Below are positions 40,692 through 50,822 of a DNA stretch of 64,000 bases, one piece after another. The stretch spans positions 62,001-126,000 of the IMG/VR virus record IMGVR_UViG_3300035698_007246. One strand, given 5' to 3'. Position 1 is the stretch's first letter. Each line of letters begins with the position of its first letter. Made by a program: the position numbers and the translations under genes. The notes under the pieces are model-generated. The model searched no databases, was not told the origin of the DNA, and was given only the letters and a program-made list of their open reading frames with translations.

Positions 40692-41150
40692 TCAGAATGA
40701 AATTAGGATTTGTCTAACCTTCATCAATATTATTCCGAGTATATTTCGACTTTCAATTTTTGTACAGTATCCGCATGAGCAATTTCCCCAGAAGTTGTCG
40801 CACCAGGTATTTCCTTCAACGAGTTCATGTGGTAATGTTTTTATAAGTCTAATTAGTAGTTCTTGATTTTGAGTAAATTTATTAATTACAGCTTCAATCA
40901 TGACATCCTTTTTACTATCGTCATCCCAATACATAATATCTTTTTTATATTTTCTTGCATATTTTTTAGTATCATATGGGCTATTCATTCTATATATATT
41001 CTCAAAATGTTCACCTTTGAATTTATTAGCTTGGTAGAAATGTTCTGAGGATTTCCATTTATATATTTTACCATCTTTGACAATGATAAAAGGAGCTTTT
41101 TCATACATGTTAGATAGGTAGCGATGTTCATTTCTGAATTTATCAATCAT
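40692..41150 (-). CDS. NADAR (YbiA-like) family protein
   Basis: YLSNMY, SSEHFYQANKF, KFTQN, LVEGNTWCDNFWG, NILGIILMKVR. Confidence 0.9.
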   Translation of the reverse strand: MIDKFRNEHRYLSNMYEKAPFIIVKDGKIYKWKSSEHFYQANKFKGEHFENIYRMNSPYDTKKYARKYKKDIMYWDDDSKKDVMIEAVINKFTQNQELLIRLIKTLPHELVEGNTWCDNFWGNCSCGYCTKIESRNILGIILMKVRQILISF

Positions 41151-41715
41151 ATAAATATTCCTTATTTTCTATATTAATAACAGCTTCGGCAAATTTAAAA
41201 CTCATAAATATTTTTTTAAACTCTGCTGTGTTTCTTTTAGTTTCATATTCATCCTTTGAATTAAACCATTCATTCCATTCGCTCACAGTCTTAGTTTTAC
41301 AACCAATTAAGATAGTTTGTTTTTTATGATTATAATATACACTCCATTTGCATTGACCGATTGATTTCATTCCATCTTGCCAAAATCCAGATTTCCAAGT
41401 TCCAGATTCCCAAATTCCATCTTGCCAAAATCCATCTTGCCAAAATCCAGATTTCCAAGTTCCAGATTCCCAAATTCCAGATTCCCAAATTCCAGATTTC
41501 CAAAATCCATCTTCCCAAAATCCATCTTCCCAAGTTCCAGATTCCCAAATTCCAGATTCCCAAATTCCAGATTTCCAAGTTCCAGATTGCCAAGTTCCAG
41601 ATTGCCAGACAACCATATCATTTATTATATATATATATTCATTTTTAACAGAAATATCACCACATTTAAGCCATTCAGGACATTCCTTTAATTTTCTTAT
41701 TTCAGATAATTTCAT
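41143..41715 (-). CDS. W-x-x-G-x pentapeptide-repeat protein
   Basis: WESGI/WQDGF/WKSGT repeats; C-terminal IGCK..T...W. Confidence 0.8.
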   Translation of the reverse strand: MKLSEIRKLKECPEWLKCGDISVKNEYIYIINDMVVWQSGTWQSGTWKSGIWESGIWESGTWEDGFWEDGFWKSGIWESGIWESGTWKSGFWQDGFWQDGIWESGTWKSGFWQDGMKSIGQCKWSVYYNHKKQTILIGCKTKTVSEWNEWFNSKDEYETKRNTAEFKKIFMSFKFAEAVINIENKEYLYD

Positions 41716-41892
41716 ATTGCTTTCCTATTAATTCATTATATTTTGGACATTTCCGAGATTAGAGACTTCATAATTTTGGGGAAGTCTTTGATGGGTTTCC
41801 ATTCTTCTTCAATTATTATTAATTGTTCATTCATTTTAAAACGCTCCTTATAATGTGGTTATTATTCCGAGGACAATTGCCCATTTTTCATT

Positions 41893-42825
41893 TTACTCCT
41901 GGAAGTGTTTATTAAGAAGTTCGGTGACGAGTTCACCAAATTCATTTTGGAATGCTTCTCCATTTTCGTGGTATTGGAACATCCCCCAGCCTCTGACATC
42001 CAGTAGAAGGTTCTCATCACCATCGAATATCATTTGACCGTTAGGGTCGTAGTTGAAGGGTGATTTAATAAGTTTGTTAAGACCTGAGTCTTTAGAGTCA
42101 AAGTCATTTTCTTCATGACATCCCCCAGCTTCTATAATTTCGCCTTTTTTATTTTCATATTTGTTATGTGTAATTCGTTTACAGATGGAAGTTTCTGGAG
42201 CTGGTTCTCTATTATAAAGAGTTCTAAACGCTTTAATATGAGCCATTAGTCCGGCAGCAACGTAGACATAGACATATTCGCCATAGTCTTTGAAATTTCG
42301 AATATATTTAATTGGGACTAAATCAGTGAGCCAGACATCATTTTCAGATTTAAAGAATGGGAATTTATCTTTAGCCATTTCTTTGGCATTGATTTCGAGG
42401 ACAACGGGTTCACCGTGTCTGCTACCGACATCAATGGCAGTTTGGAAGTCATGGCTGAGGTGGACATGATTTCGTTGTTGTTTAGAGATTCCATCTTTTT
42501 TGATAGAGTCTATAAATTTTATGGCAGTTCCGTGGTATAGAGTGTCAGGTGGTTTAATGGGTTTGAGACCTAAGTTGACATTAATGGAATGACCTTGATT
42601 TGCACGAATACGTTTTTTATCTGTACTGAATATAAATCGTTTTTTATTGTTGTCTTTAACGATGTGTTTTAGTGTAGAAATGCCAATGACTATATTATGG
42701 TCATTCATTTTTTTAATTAGTTCTTGAGTATTAGCCCATCCACCATCATCAAGTTTGAGTCCAATGGTATCTGGTTTATGTCTGAGGACAAGGCTCAGGA
42801 ACATGCTTAGTTTTTTATCTTTCAT
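41893..42825 (-). CDS. kptA: RNA 2'-phosphotransferase (Tpt1/KptA) with C-terminal extra domain
   Basis: LSLVLRHKP, RIRANQGHS, LYHGT, RNHVHLS, SENDVWL. Confidence 0.9.
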   Translation of the reverse strand: MKDKKLSMFLSLVLRHKPDTIGLKLDDGGWANTQELIKKMNDHNIVIGISTLKHIVKDNNKKRFIFSTDKKRIRANQGHSINVNLGLKPIKPPDTLYHGTAIKFIDSIKKDGISKQQRNHVHLSHDFQTAIDVGSRHGEPVVLEINAKEMAKDKFPFFKSENDVWLTDLVPIKYIRNFKDYGEYVYVYVAAGLMAHIKAFRTLYNREPAPETSICKRITHNKYENKKGEIIEAGGCHEENDFDSKDSGLNKLIKSPFNYDPNGQMIFDGDENLLLDVRGWGMFQYHENGEAFQNEFGELVTELLNKHFQE

Positions 42826-42882
42826 CGTCACCACCTTTGATTTTTTTAATCATATTATTTATTAAACCAAATATTACAAACA

Positions 42883-43512
42883 TTATTTACCACCGTCCTT
42901 CTTTTCATCACCCTCATGTTTAAATCTATCAGCAAGAGCTTTTGCTTTGTCAACAACATCAAGTTTCATAAGTTCCATATAATCAAACTTATTATTAAGA
43001 GCGTCAACGACATCAATATCGTCACCTTCAAATCCAAGAAACTCATTGTTATATGTTTGGATATACTTAGGGATTTTTAGATTTTTTATTACAAAATCAT
43101 ATCCTTCTTGAGTTGGGGTCCAAAGTCCTGCTTTTCTATTCATACTTTTTTCTGAGATGTTTGGATGGATAAGTCTCCAGAATACTAGTTGAGAAAAGTT
43201 TCTGTCTTTGGGTGTCAATGTAAAATCTTCTTTGTGAAGAGGATGTTCCCCATCAAAAAGTCTTACCAACATAATAAGGTCAGCAACAGCGGTTGACACA
43301 ATTGACTTTTTCCACACTTTTGCTTTTTGTTGACAGCACGGACATTCAACACCATCTTTTTTATACTTGAGTTTATCAACGTATGCTTTGGCTGTGTTGA
43401 GTGGGGTAATAATTCTATCAGTTTCTTTATTTTTTAATCTTCCAATATTAGATAATTGAAATCCTGGGATTGTGGCACAATCCGTCCAAGTTTCTTCATC
43501 TTTAGTTATCAT
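42883..43512 (-). CDS. NUMOD4-like N-terminus plus CPCC domain protein
   Basis: W...PGFQLSNIGRLKN; ECPCCQQ. Confidence 0.55.
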   Translation of the reverse strand: MITKDEETWTDCATIPGFQLSNIGRLKNKETDRIITPLNTAKAYVDKLKYKKDGVECPCCQQKAKVWKKSIVSTAVADLIMLVRLFDGEHPLHKEDFTLTPKDRNFSQLVFWRLIHPNISEKSMNRKAGLWTPTQEGYDFVIKNLKIPKYIQTYNNEFLGFEGDDIDVVDALNNKFDYMELMKLDVVDKAKALADRFKHEGDEKKDGGK

Positions 43513-43799
43513 TTTTAGTTTCCCTTTCTTTATACCAAATAAATGTATCAATATTACCCTCTTCACCAGTGGCACAATGTCTAATTGATTTAATTTTAAT
43601 ATCAGTATTATTTTCAAGCCAAATATTCATATTGACTTCATAACTATATTTAAATTTTTTAACTTTTAACATTTTCTTTTTCTTTCTTTTATTTTTATAT
43701 CAAATAGTTGTAATTATGTTTGCGTCATATGGGTCACCATATTCTTCAAACCAATCATTTATTTCATCTTCAATCCATTTAATTTTATTATTAAATATT

Positions 43800-44333
43800 T
43801 TAACTTGTAATATGCTCATAATCTCCATCCGGGATATAATATGTTCGTGCTAATTCAGGTTTAAGCAGTTCAACTTGAATACCTATTCCTTTGTAAATTT
43901 CATCATCTCTGACGATATACTCTTCACCTATGTCATACCAATCATCTTTACTTGCTCTGATAATTTTAATTCGTCTTCGTGATGTTGCTTTCTCCATTAC
44001 AATTTTAACAAATTCATTTCGTAAAGCATAGTAGCATTCATCCCATTCTTTCCCATGTGGGTCTTTAACGGTATCATCATCAAAAACTCCCACTCTGACA
44101 TGAGCCAATTCATGACCTGTAATTTCCACGAGTCTGCTCATTGGTAACCTATAATTCAAATGAATTAATTTTGCGGTTCCATTTTCAACAAATATTTCAC
44201 TGATTTTTTCAGATTCCATATTTGGGTCAAATGCAATTTTAATATCAATATTCCCATACAAATTAGTATATGCTTTTATTATCACATCAAAGGGATTACT
44301 CAATTTTATAGGCATTACTATGCACCTCCACAT
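43800..44333 (-). CDS. SprT-like HExxH metallopeptidase domain protein
   Basis: GHELAHV...PHGKEW. Confidence 0.6.
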   Translation of the reverse strand: MWRCIVMPIKLSNPFDVIIKAYTNLYGNIDIKIAFDPNMESEKISEIFVENGTAKLIHLNYRLPMSRLVEITGHELAHVRVGVFDDDTVKDPHGKEWDECYYALRNEFVKIVMEKATSRRRIKIIRASKDDWYDIGEEYIVRDDEIYKGIGIQVELLKPELARTYYIPDGDYEHITS

Positions 44334-44658
44334 GTTGCATTTTTATACTATACATCATTTCATTGATTCTACATACTTTATAAACTCCATGTTCGCTAGA
44401 TTTATCAGTCCATTCGACATCACCAATATTTTTTATTTTTTTATCGACAAACTCATTTGCATCACTGTCAAGTAAAAATAAAGTAACATCATGGTAATTA
44501 GAAGTTTCTTCAACGACTTGATAAACAAAAGGTGGTTCTCTTTTGGATAAGACAATTCCCATATGAGCAAGTACTGAAACGATAGCACCACCAAGTTTTA
44601 TATCCTTAGTTTTCTGGCTAAGTATATTTAAAAAATGATATGCTTTATTAAATTCCAT
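44296..44658 (-). CDS. hypothetical protein
   Basis: ORF in operon. Confidence 0.6.
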   Translation of the reverse strand: MEFNKAYHFLNILSQKTKDIKLGGAIVSVLAHMGIVLSKREPPFVYQVVEETSNYHDVTLFLLDSDANEFVDKKIKNIGDVEWTDKSSEHGVYKVCRINEMMYSIKMQHVEVHSNAYKIE

Positions 44659-45116
44659 ATTCTACAATCTCCAATCTGATTTCTTCATAATCAATGAAGA
44701 CATCTTTAATCATAAAAATTTTAGTTCTACCATTTATAATATCACCGGGTTGTTTCTTTGAATATTCAAGATACTCTCGGTTGTTAATTTCTTTTTGAAA
44801 TACGATTTGTCCATTTAAAATAAATTTTAACATGGTCTTATCCTTAACTTAAATCCTTAATTCTTTTTTTAGCGTCATCAAGTTCTCTTTGAGCTTTTTT
44901 TAACGCATATTGTTTTCTATTAATTTCTCTATTAATGTTATCTTGTTTTTTCTTATCCATTGCTTTTTTAACACGAGTTGATTCATCAAGAATTGTTGCA
45001 TTTGTCATTGTAAATTCAACAATATCAGGAATACCGTATGTGTGATATGCATTTGAAAAGTATGTTACAATTGCAACAACATCCACCACGATACCCATTA
45101 TCACATTTTTTATTCA

Positions 45117-45356
45117 TCATTTTCCGCAACATTTTTTATATTTTTTACCACTCCCACATACACATGGTGCGTTTCTTTTAATTTTCTTTTCCACAACCAC
45201 AGTATCAGTTAAAACAGGTCTATCATCTATTCTAAGACCGTGTTTGTCTTCTTTGGGAAGATTGCACCACCATTTAATTAATTTCCCAAGTTCAGGGTCA
45301 GCTTGTTCCAGAGGACTTGGGTTTTTCGTCTTTAAAGATTTTGTCGAATTCGTCAT
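45117..45356 (-). CDS. SEC-C motif protein
   Basis: [18 protein letters not shown]. Confidence 0.85.
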   Translation of the reverse strand: MTNSTKSLKTKNPSPLEQADPELGKLIKWWCNLPKEDKHGLRIDDRPVLTDTVVVEKKIKRNAPCVCGSGKKYKKCCGK

Positions 45357-45741
45357 GTTCTATTTTATCCATTTCTGTTTCAAATTGTTTTAATTCTTTC
45401 CCATAATCTTCTTCGTGGAAACAATCATGCTGAAAGTCAACATCAATATGTTCTTGATATGTTATAAACCCGAACCGAATCATATACTTAACAAATTGGA
45501 TTTCATCCATTGATGAATTATGAGCATAAGGATAAAATTCCGGCTGAGTTTTCATTACATACCTTGCAGCTTTAATGATACACATTTCACAAATATGTTT
45601 AAATTTTTCTTTAGAAATTAATTTATCATGATTAAATCTAAATTTAAAAATATCACCATCATAGCTACAACCCGTCATTTTATAATTATACATCATACTC
45701 CTCAATAAAAATTTCAGTTGGCAAGACATATATCTCACCAA
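45298..45741 (-). CDS. hypothetical protein
   Basis: ORF in operon. Confidence 0.55.
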   Translation of the reverse strand: MVRYMSCQLKFLLRSMMYNYKMTGCSYDGDIFKFRFNHDKLISKEKFKHICEMCIIKAARYVMKTQPEFYPYAHNSSMDEIQFVKYMIRFGFITYQEHIDVDFQHDCFHEEDYGKELKQFETEMDKIEHDEFDKIFKDEKPKSSGTS

Positions 45742-45752
45742 CTGAAATTGAT

Positions 45753-46202
45753 TTAAACTTTTGGAACATCTTCTTTGTCCACTTTTTCTTTTTTTCCACC
45801 ATATTCTAATTGATAGCTAATAATTAAATAGCCGACAACAATAACTGCAAATATCGGCAAGATGTGATTTACAATCCAAGAAAGAAAACAAAAAACAAAA
45901 AACAATCCGAAGAACGCCCATCTACTGTTTGCAGATTCTAATTCAAATTCTGGTGTGTATCTGTCTTTGATAACATTTAACACAGAGACCACTTTTGGAT
46001 AAAGTAGTCTGAGATAGAATGGGAACTCAAATTTTGAGTCTTTTCCACTCATAGCAAATACTGCTTTAATAGAAATATGACACATCATTGCAAGATATAC
46101 ATACCATAACACCGTAGAGGTGATACCAGCGATTAAAAAATACATACAAACTCCTTTCAAAAAATGAGGATATGTATGTGCGGAAATCACATACATATCC
46201 AA
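45753..46202 (-). CDS. membrane protein
   Basis: multiple hydrophobic segments. Confidence 0.6.
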   Translation of the reverse strand: MDMYVISAHTYPHFLKGVCMYFLIAGITSTVLWYVYLAMMCHISIKAVFAMSGKDSKFEFPFYLRLLYPKVVSVLNVIKDRYTPEFELESANSRWAFFGLFFVFCFLSWIVNHILPIFAVIVVGYLIISYQLEYGGKKEKVDKEDVPKV

Positions 46203-46260
46203 AATCGAATCAAATAATTATAGGACTGACATTACCGCTAAATAATATCAGACTTTTAAA

Positions 46261-46497
46261 TTATCGTCTTCTTTTATATCTTGACAACCTTTTCTCTTTG
46301 CGTTTTTCAATAAACTCAGGATAGTAATCGTCTATAATTTTCCTCTTTACCATTTTTGTATAAATCTGATTTACAAGCTGTGGACTTACATCAGCCTCAA
46401 CAGCAATTGTAGATTTATTATATTTTTTCATTTTCAGTAAATGTTGTACCAGTGATGTTCGTGAATTATAAATTTCTGTTTCATATAAAATCTGCAC
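46261..46497 (-). CDS. HTH DNA-binding protein
   Basis: NKSTIAVEADVSPQLVNQI. Confidence 0.55.
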   Translation of the reverse strand: MQILYETEIYNSRTSLVQHLLKMKKYNKSTIAVEADVSPQLVNQIYTKMVKRKIIDDYYPEFIEKRKEKRLSRYKRRR

Positions 46498-46937
46498 TAA
46501 GATTTCCCTCCAAATAGTTTTCCATAATTTTTTTTATTATTTTCATCAATTGTATTATCTTTCGGTGGTGGATTGTATCTTTTTGATACTACATATACAG
46601 GATGAAACATTGACCTTGAAGATTGGATACGTTTCCGTATATCACCACCAATTTTTATTGCTCGTTCCGCTCCAGTTTTTATACTAACATATTTTTTTGG
46701 TTTGATATTATCTGTAGGTGATTTCCATGAAAAATCATCAGTCATTTTAACTTTCTTTGATTTATAACCAGTAAAGGAAACACTCCTCCCGTTTATAAAA
46801 TCTATCAATAAACTGGAACTGTAACCATCATCAACATGATAATCAACACATTCACCACTGTAGACTACTCTCGCAGTTTGACTGTTTATTGCAAGTTTTA
46901 ATATTTTTTTCATTTTATTCTCCAACATATTTTTCAA
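46497..46937 (-). CDS. hypothetical protein
   Basis: ORF in operon. Confidence 0.55.
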   Translation of the reverse strand: MKNMLENKMKKILKLAINSQTARVVYSGECVDYHVDDGYSSSLLIDFINGRSVSFTGYKSKKVKMTDDFSWKSPTDNIKPKKYVSIKTGAERAIKIGGDIRKRIQSSRSMFHPVYVVSKRYNPPPKDNTIDENNKKNYGKLFGGKS

Positions 46938-47387
46938 TAAATATTTCTGAAATATTTTTGTTATTTGTTATTTTAACAAGGTCACTATCATCAATTCCAA
47001 AAAACTCAATTAGGTGTTTTCCGAGGTGCTTGTACCCGTCCCACGTTGCAAATGCTTTATAATATTCATTTTTATCAATCATAACTCCTTCTTTCAATTT
47101 TAATATAATATAATTAAAGACTTTTAAAAAGTCAATACCTAAATAAAAAAGAGGGATTAATATATCACACACTTTTCACAAACTTTGAATTTAGATAGTC
47201 AAACCTACCTCCTTAGCTAAATGAACAATTAATTGATATTAATCCCCCTTAATATACCTCTCTCGTAATCTATGCATTAGGATTACATCAAGAGTATCTG
47301 CCCCATGAATTTTTACTATTTGTTTTGCTACCTCGACTGTGAAAGTTTCGTCTGGATTATATTCACTAATATTTATATCATTAGCCA

Positions 47388-47636
47388 TTATGGACTCCAA
47401 CTCCCGTATGCCCAATACCCTATATCTTTTTTACACTCCACACACACTCTCTTAATTTCGCATGGGTGATAATCAATTGTATCAACCACAACATCATTAT
47501 ATTTTTTAGAACCACAATGATAACATTTTAACGGTTCCAAATTTTCATCAATAAAACCAAATTCATGTAATAAAAATAAACAATCTTCTGTTTTTTTTAT
47601 TTTATTTAAAATAAAATTAAATATTTTTAATACCAT
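47388..47636 (-). CDS. zinc-ribbon protein
   Basis: CYHC...CVEC...GYWAYG. Confidence 0.6.
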   Translation of the reverse strand: MVLKIFNFILNKIKKTEDCLFLLHEFGFIDENLEPLKCYHCGSKKYNDVVVDTIDYHPCEIKRVCVECKKDIGYWAYGSWSP

Positions 47637-47974
47637 ACATTCTCGGATTCTCCAAAAAATCTTTCTAATTCTTCATCAATATGTTTATATGTTTTACATA
47701 AAGTTAAAAATGTTACTACACCTTTTATTAATTGGGCTTCTGAAAGTTTTGATAGTTCATTAATATCAAAAAATTCCATTGTTGTTAAGACACATATCTC
47801 TTGTTTAATTTTAAATTTTGAAAATTTTTTACAATCATCAAAAGGAAACAATCTACCCATACAGAAAAAATCAGCAACAATTGTTGGTGCTCGATTAATT
47901 ATTTCAAGCATTTTATCAACGTCGTCTTGTGTAACATTATCAAAATCTTTTTCTGTAATTTTATTTTCCATCAA
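47627..47974 (-). CDS. hypothetical protein
   Basis: ORF in operon. Confidence 0.6.
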   Translation of the reverse strand: MMENKITEKDFDNVTQDDVDKMLEIINRAPTIVADFFCMGRLFPFDDCKKFSKFKIKQEICVLTTMEFFDINELSKLSEAQLIKGVVTFLTLCKTYKHIDEELERFFGESENVWY

Positions 47975-48656
47975 GCATATCCCCTACTGATTTACCTTTA
48001 TAATTATCATCAAGATTACCATAATAATCATTCTCAAAATTCTGCCATCCACGAGGCTCCTTTAGAACGCTCTCCATACCCTGTTCATCAATTTCCCCAT
48101 TAAGATATTGCTTGAACACCCTATCGTACATCATAAGGTATGTAGCGGAGGTGAGGTTGCAACAATGAGCCATCGGTATGAACACCATTTGATGACAGAA
48201 CATCCGAGCCACTTTTGGAAGTGAACCATCTTCAGGACCAAACACATACACAGCATTCTTTGGATGTTCAAATGAAAATAGTGAACCTGCACCTTTCACA
48301 AGGTCAACACCTATTGGAATCACATCCTTTCCAAATCGTTCGAATGGATAGTCATGATGGTATATATCAACACCAGAATATCCTTTCATCCGTTCTTCCC
48401 TTGGTAGGCGGGACTTCCCAGTGAGTTCCAGTTGAACTCTATCACCGGTAAACCAACATTGTTTAAATCCAAAACATGAACAAGCTCTAATAGCCTGAGC
48501 GACATTCCGGGAAAACTTAGGATTCATTAATATGATAGAAGGGATTTCTCCCGACTTATCATTCTTTCCAAATATTTTTCTTAATGCTGTTTCATTAGCC
48601 ATTATTTTTCCTGAACCATTTAAACAAATCAAACTTTTTCTTTTTTTCAACACCAT
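47961..48656 (-). CDS. SpoU/TrmH (SPOUT) RNA methyltransferase
   Basis: NPKFSRNVAQAIRACSCFG, YVFGPEDGSL, FIPMAHCCNL. Confidence 0.8.
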   Translation of the reverse strand: MVLKKRKSLICLNGSGKIMANETALRKIFGKNDKSGEIPSIILMNPKFSRNVAQAIRACSCFGFKQCWFTGDRVQLELTGKSRLPREERMKGYSGVDIYHHDYPFERFGKDVIPIGVDLVKGAGSLFSFEHPKNAVYVFGPEDGSLPKVARMFCHQMVFIPMAHCCNLTSATYLMMYDRVFKQYLNGEIDEQGMESVLKEPRGWQNFENDYYGNLDDNYKGKSVGDMLDGK

Positions 48657-49107
48657 TTAATCGTTTGGCATAAGCTAAGAGATGTTTGATATAATTATTT
48701 TTCTTTTTTAATTTAAAATTTATTTCACACACCCACCCAACACGCCATGCTTTATTGCTTTTTGGATTTATTGTTAAAATAAATGTTGATGGTAATAATT
48801 TATTTGGAATTTTAATTGAAATGTCACTATTTTTTATAATAAGTGCATATCGGTCACCTGTGACTATAATATTGTCAACAATTTCTTTTAAAAATATTTG
48901 TTTAATCTCTTCTCTTATTGTACCACCATATGATTCTTTTTCATTATAATCAAAATTTATATGTTGATATGGTTTAGTATTAATTTCGAATTCATCATAA
49001 TGAACTCCACACCGAATCATAGCGTCATACATTTTTACAAATCTAAAAGTTTGAGTATTTTCCATCACAACCTCACACACATTCCGTTGGGAGCAATCAC
49101 CCAACAA
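48595..49107 (-). CDS. hypothetical protein
   Basis: ORF in operon. Confidence 0.55.
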   Translation of the reverse strand: MLGDCSQRNVCEVVMENTQTFRFVKMYDAMIRCGVHYDEFEINTKPYQHINFDYNEKESYGGTIREEIKQIFLKEIVDNIIVTGDRYALIIKNSDISIKIPNKLLPSTFILTINPKSNKAWRVGWVCEINFKLKKKNNYIKHLLAYAKRLNGVEKKKKFDLFKWFRKNNG

Positions 49108-49397
49108 TCAACACCATTATGATATTTACAAATCCCCATATGACCTTTCTTTTGCTTTTCAGTCAAGTCATTTCTTTTTGATGTAAATTTATAAGCAGCA
49201 ACCACAGGAATACCATTAACGGTAACTGTGTTTGCGTCTTCAATAAAATCCGTCTTCCAATTTATATGGTTGAGTTTGGCAACATACATCTTTACAGCGT
49301 CTATATTTTCAAATTGTGTACTCATTAGTTATCCTCCATTATAATAATTTACAAATCCTATCATCTAAAAATAATCTTACAAAAGCTGATAAAATTA

Positions 49398-50081
49398 TTA
49401 AACAAATTTAGGAACAAATCCACCTTGTATTGCCCCCACCACAGGTAATAACACATCTCCTGTTACATCAGCACCAAGTTTTTGTATATTTTGATACCAT
49501 GATTTTTTATATTGGTCTTCAATTTTACTCAATTCAATTAACACATGATACCCACCACGAGTTTCAACAATTGTATACGAATCTCTATTAATTCTTTTGT
49601 TTAATAATTCTTTAAAATTATACAGTAACATATTTTCTTTTTTTATATCGAAATCGAAATCTATGTAAACTTTACGTCCATGTTTTTGAATATTGTTCAA
49701 TGCAATCTTATGAGGATTGCGATGTTTGGTCTGTTCACCTGCAATCAATACCGCTAAGTCAATAAGAGTTTTACGTGCAGCTCTCATAAAACTTCGGGGA
49801 TTTGGCATGATGTAAAGAGCCAATGAATGTTCAGGAACTGCTTGACCTTTATATTGGTATGTCCCAACCACAGTTTCTAATTGTTTGATTTTTTGATATA
49901 AAAAATCTTTATTTGAAGTGAATCTTTTTAATTGCCCTTTATCTGAAGTGATAACTCCAGTCGGGTCATATTTTTTTCTTGTGAATAAACATCCATAGAA
50001 TTGTTCATCCTTTTCCAAATCAGGAAGCCAATTGATGAATTCCAATAATCTTTTTTCATCTTTTACAATTTCGTAGTTCAT
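49398..50081 (-). CDS. possible AEP/primase-polymerase-fold protein
   Basis: YIDFDFD and VETRGGYHV motifs. Confidence 0.45.
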   Translation of the reverse strand: MNYEIVKDEKRLLEFINWLPDLEKDEQFYGCLFTRKKYDPTGVITSDKGQLKRFTSNKDFLYQKIKQLETVVGTYQYKGQAVPEHSLALYIMPNPRSFMRAARKTLIDLAVLIAGEQTKHRNPHKIALNNIQKHGRKVYIDFDFDIKKENMLLYNFKELLNKRINRDSYTIVETRGGYHVLIELSKIEDQYKKSWYQNIQKLGADVTGDVLLPVVGAIQGGFVPKFV

Positions 50082-50194
50082 TTTCTATACCTTTTTAATA
50101 ATTAATAAATATTTTATTATTGATTCTTTCACTCCACCACCTTCAAATTCCACCTTTTTAATAAATATTTTATTGTTGAATCTGATTCTTTCAC

Positions 50195-50473
50195 TCAATC
50201 ACCTTCAAATTCAACCTTTTTTAATTTGCCTGTATGTGGTGCTCTTGTCATTGGATATGGTGGTAAATTATGAAACGAACCTTTCTTTTCTGCATTAATT
50301 TGGTTATTCAACATTTTTTGTAAATTTTCTTTTATCATTGGATTTGTGACTTCCATAAATTCGTCATCACTAAACTTCAGTGCATAAGCTAACCCAATAG
50401 GTTTCCAAAAAACTCGAATCAGGACAACAATTATACAAATTATTATCCCGATTAAATTTTTAAACAGTTTCAT
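50195..50473 (-). CDS. small TM protein
   Basis: MKLFKNLIG plus TM. Confidence 0.55.
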   Translation of the reverse strand: MKLFKNLIGIIICIIVVLIRVFWKPIGLAYALKFSDDEFMEVTNPMIKENLQKMLNNQINAEKKGSFHNLPPYPMTRAPHTGKLKKVEFEGD

Positions 50474-50503
50474 ATTACCAACATCTACTCTTTCTTTTTA
50501 ATT

Positions 50504-50821
50504 TCATCTTCCAAAAACACCGACTAATTTTTTTTTAATATCGTTGCAATGATTTTTTATTAATTCTGGAGAAGCCCACAACACATTACCTGCACCCCTT
50601 TGAAACGACACATTACCTGCACCCCTTTGAATTGGGTCTTTTGCTTTTTCTTTCAAGGAATCAACATAAGTCCCACCCGTTGTTTCCTTGATTTTTTTAA
50701 TGATAATATCTTTGAAAACTCTCCAAAGAATCATTGCTAAGAATATGCCACCAGCAACAAGCATGTTGACATTTTCGGTGCTTATCCCCCGCATACCTAA
50801 TAGGTTTTTAAAAAATTTCAT
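50504..50821 (-). CDS. small TM protein, paralog-like to 50195..50473
   Basis: MKFFKNLLG plus TM; QRGAGNV duplicated. Confidence 0.55.
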   Translation of the reverse strand: MKFFKNLLGMRGISTENVNMLVAGGIFLAMILWRVFKDIIIKKIKETTGGTYVDSLKEKAKDPIQRGAGNVSFQRGAGNVLWASPELIKNHCNDIKKKLVGVFGR

Positions 50822-50822
50822 A

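Noticed and set aside
41330-41691. Multiple overlapping ORFs in other frames
   Set aside because: By-products of the stop-free 15-bp repeat.
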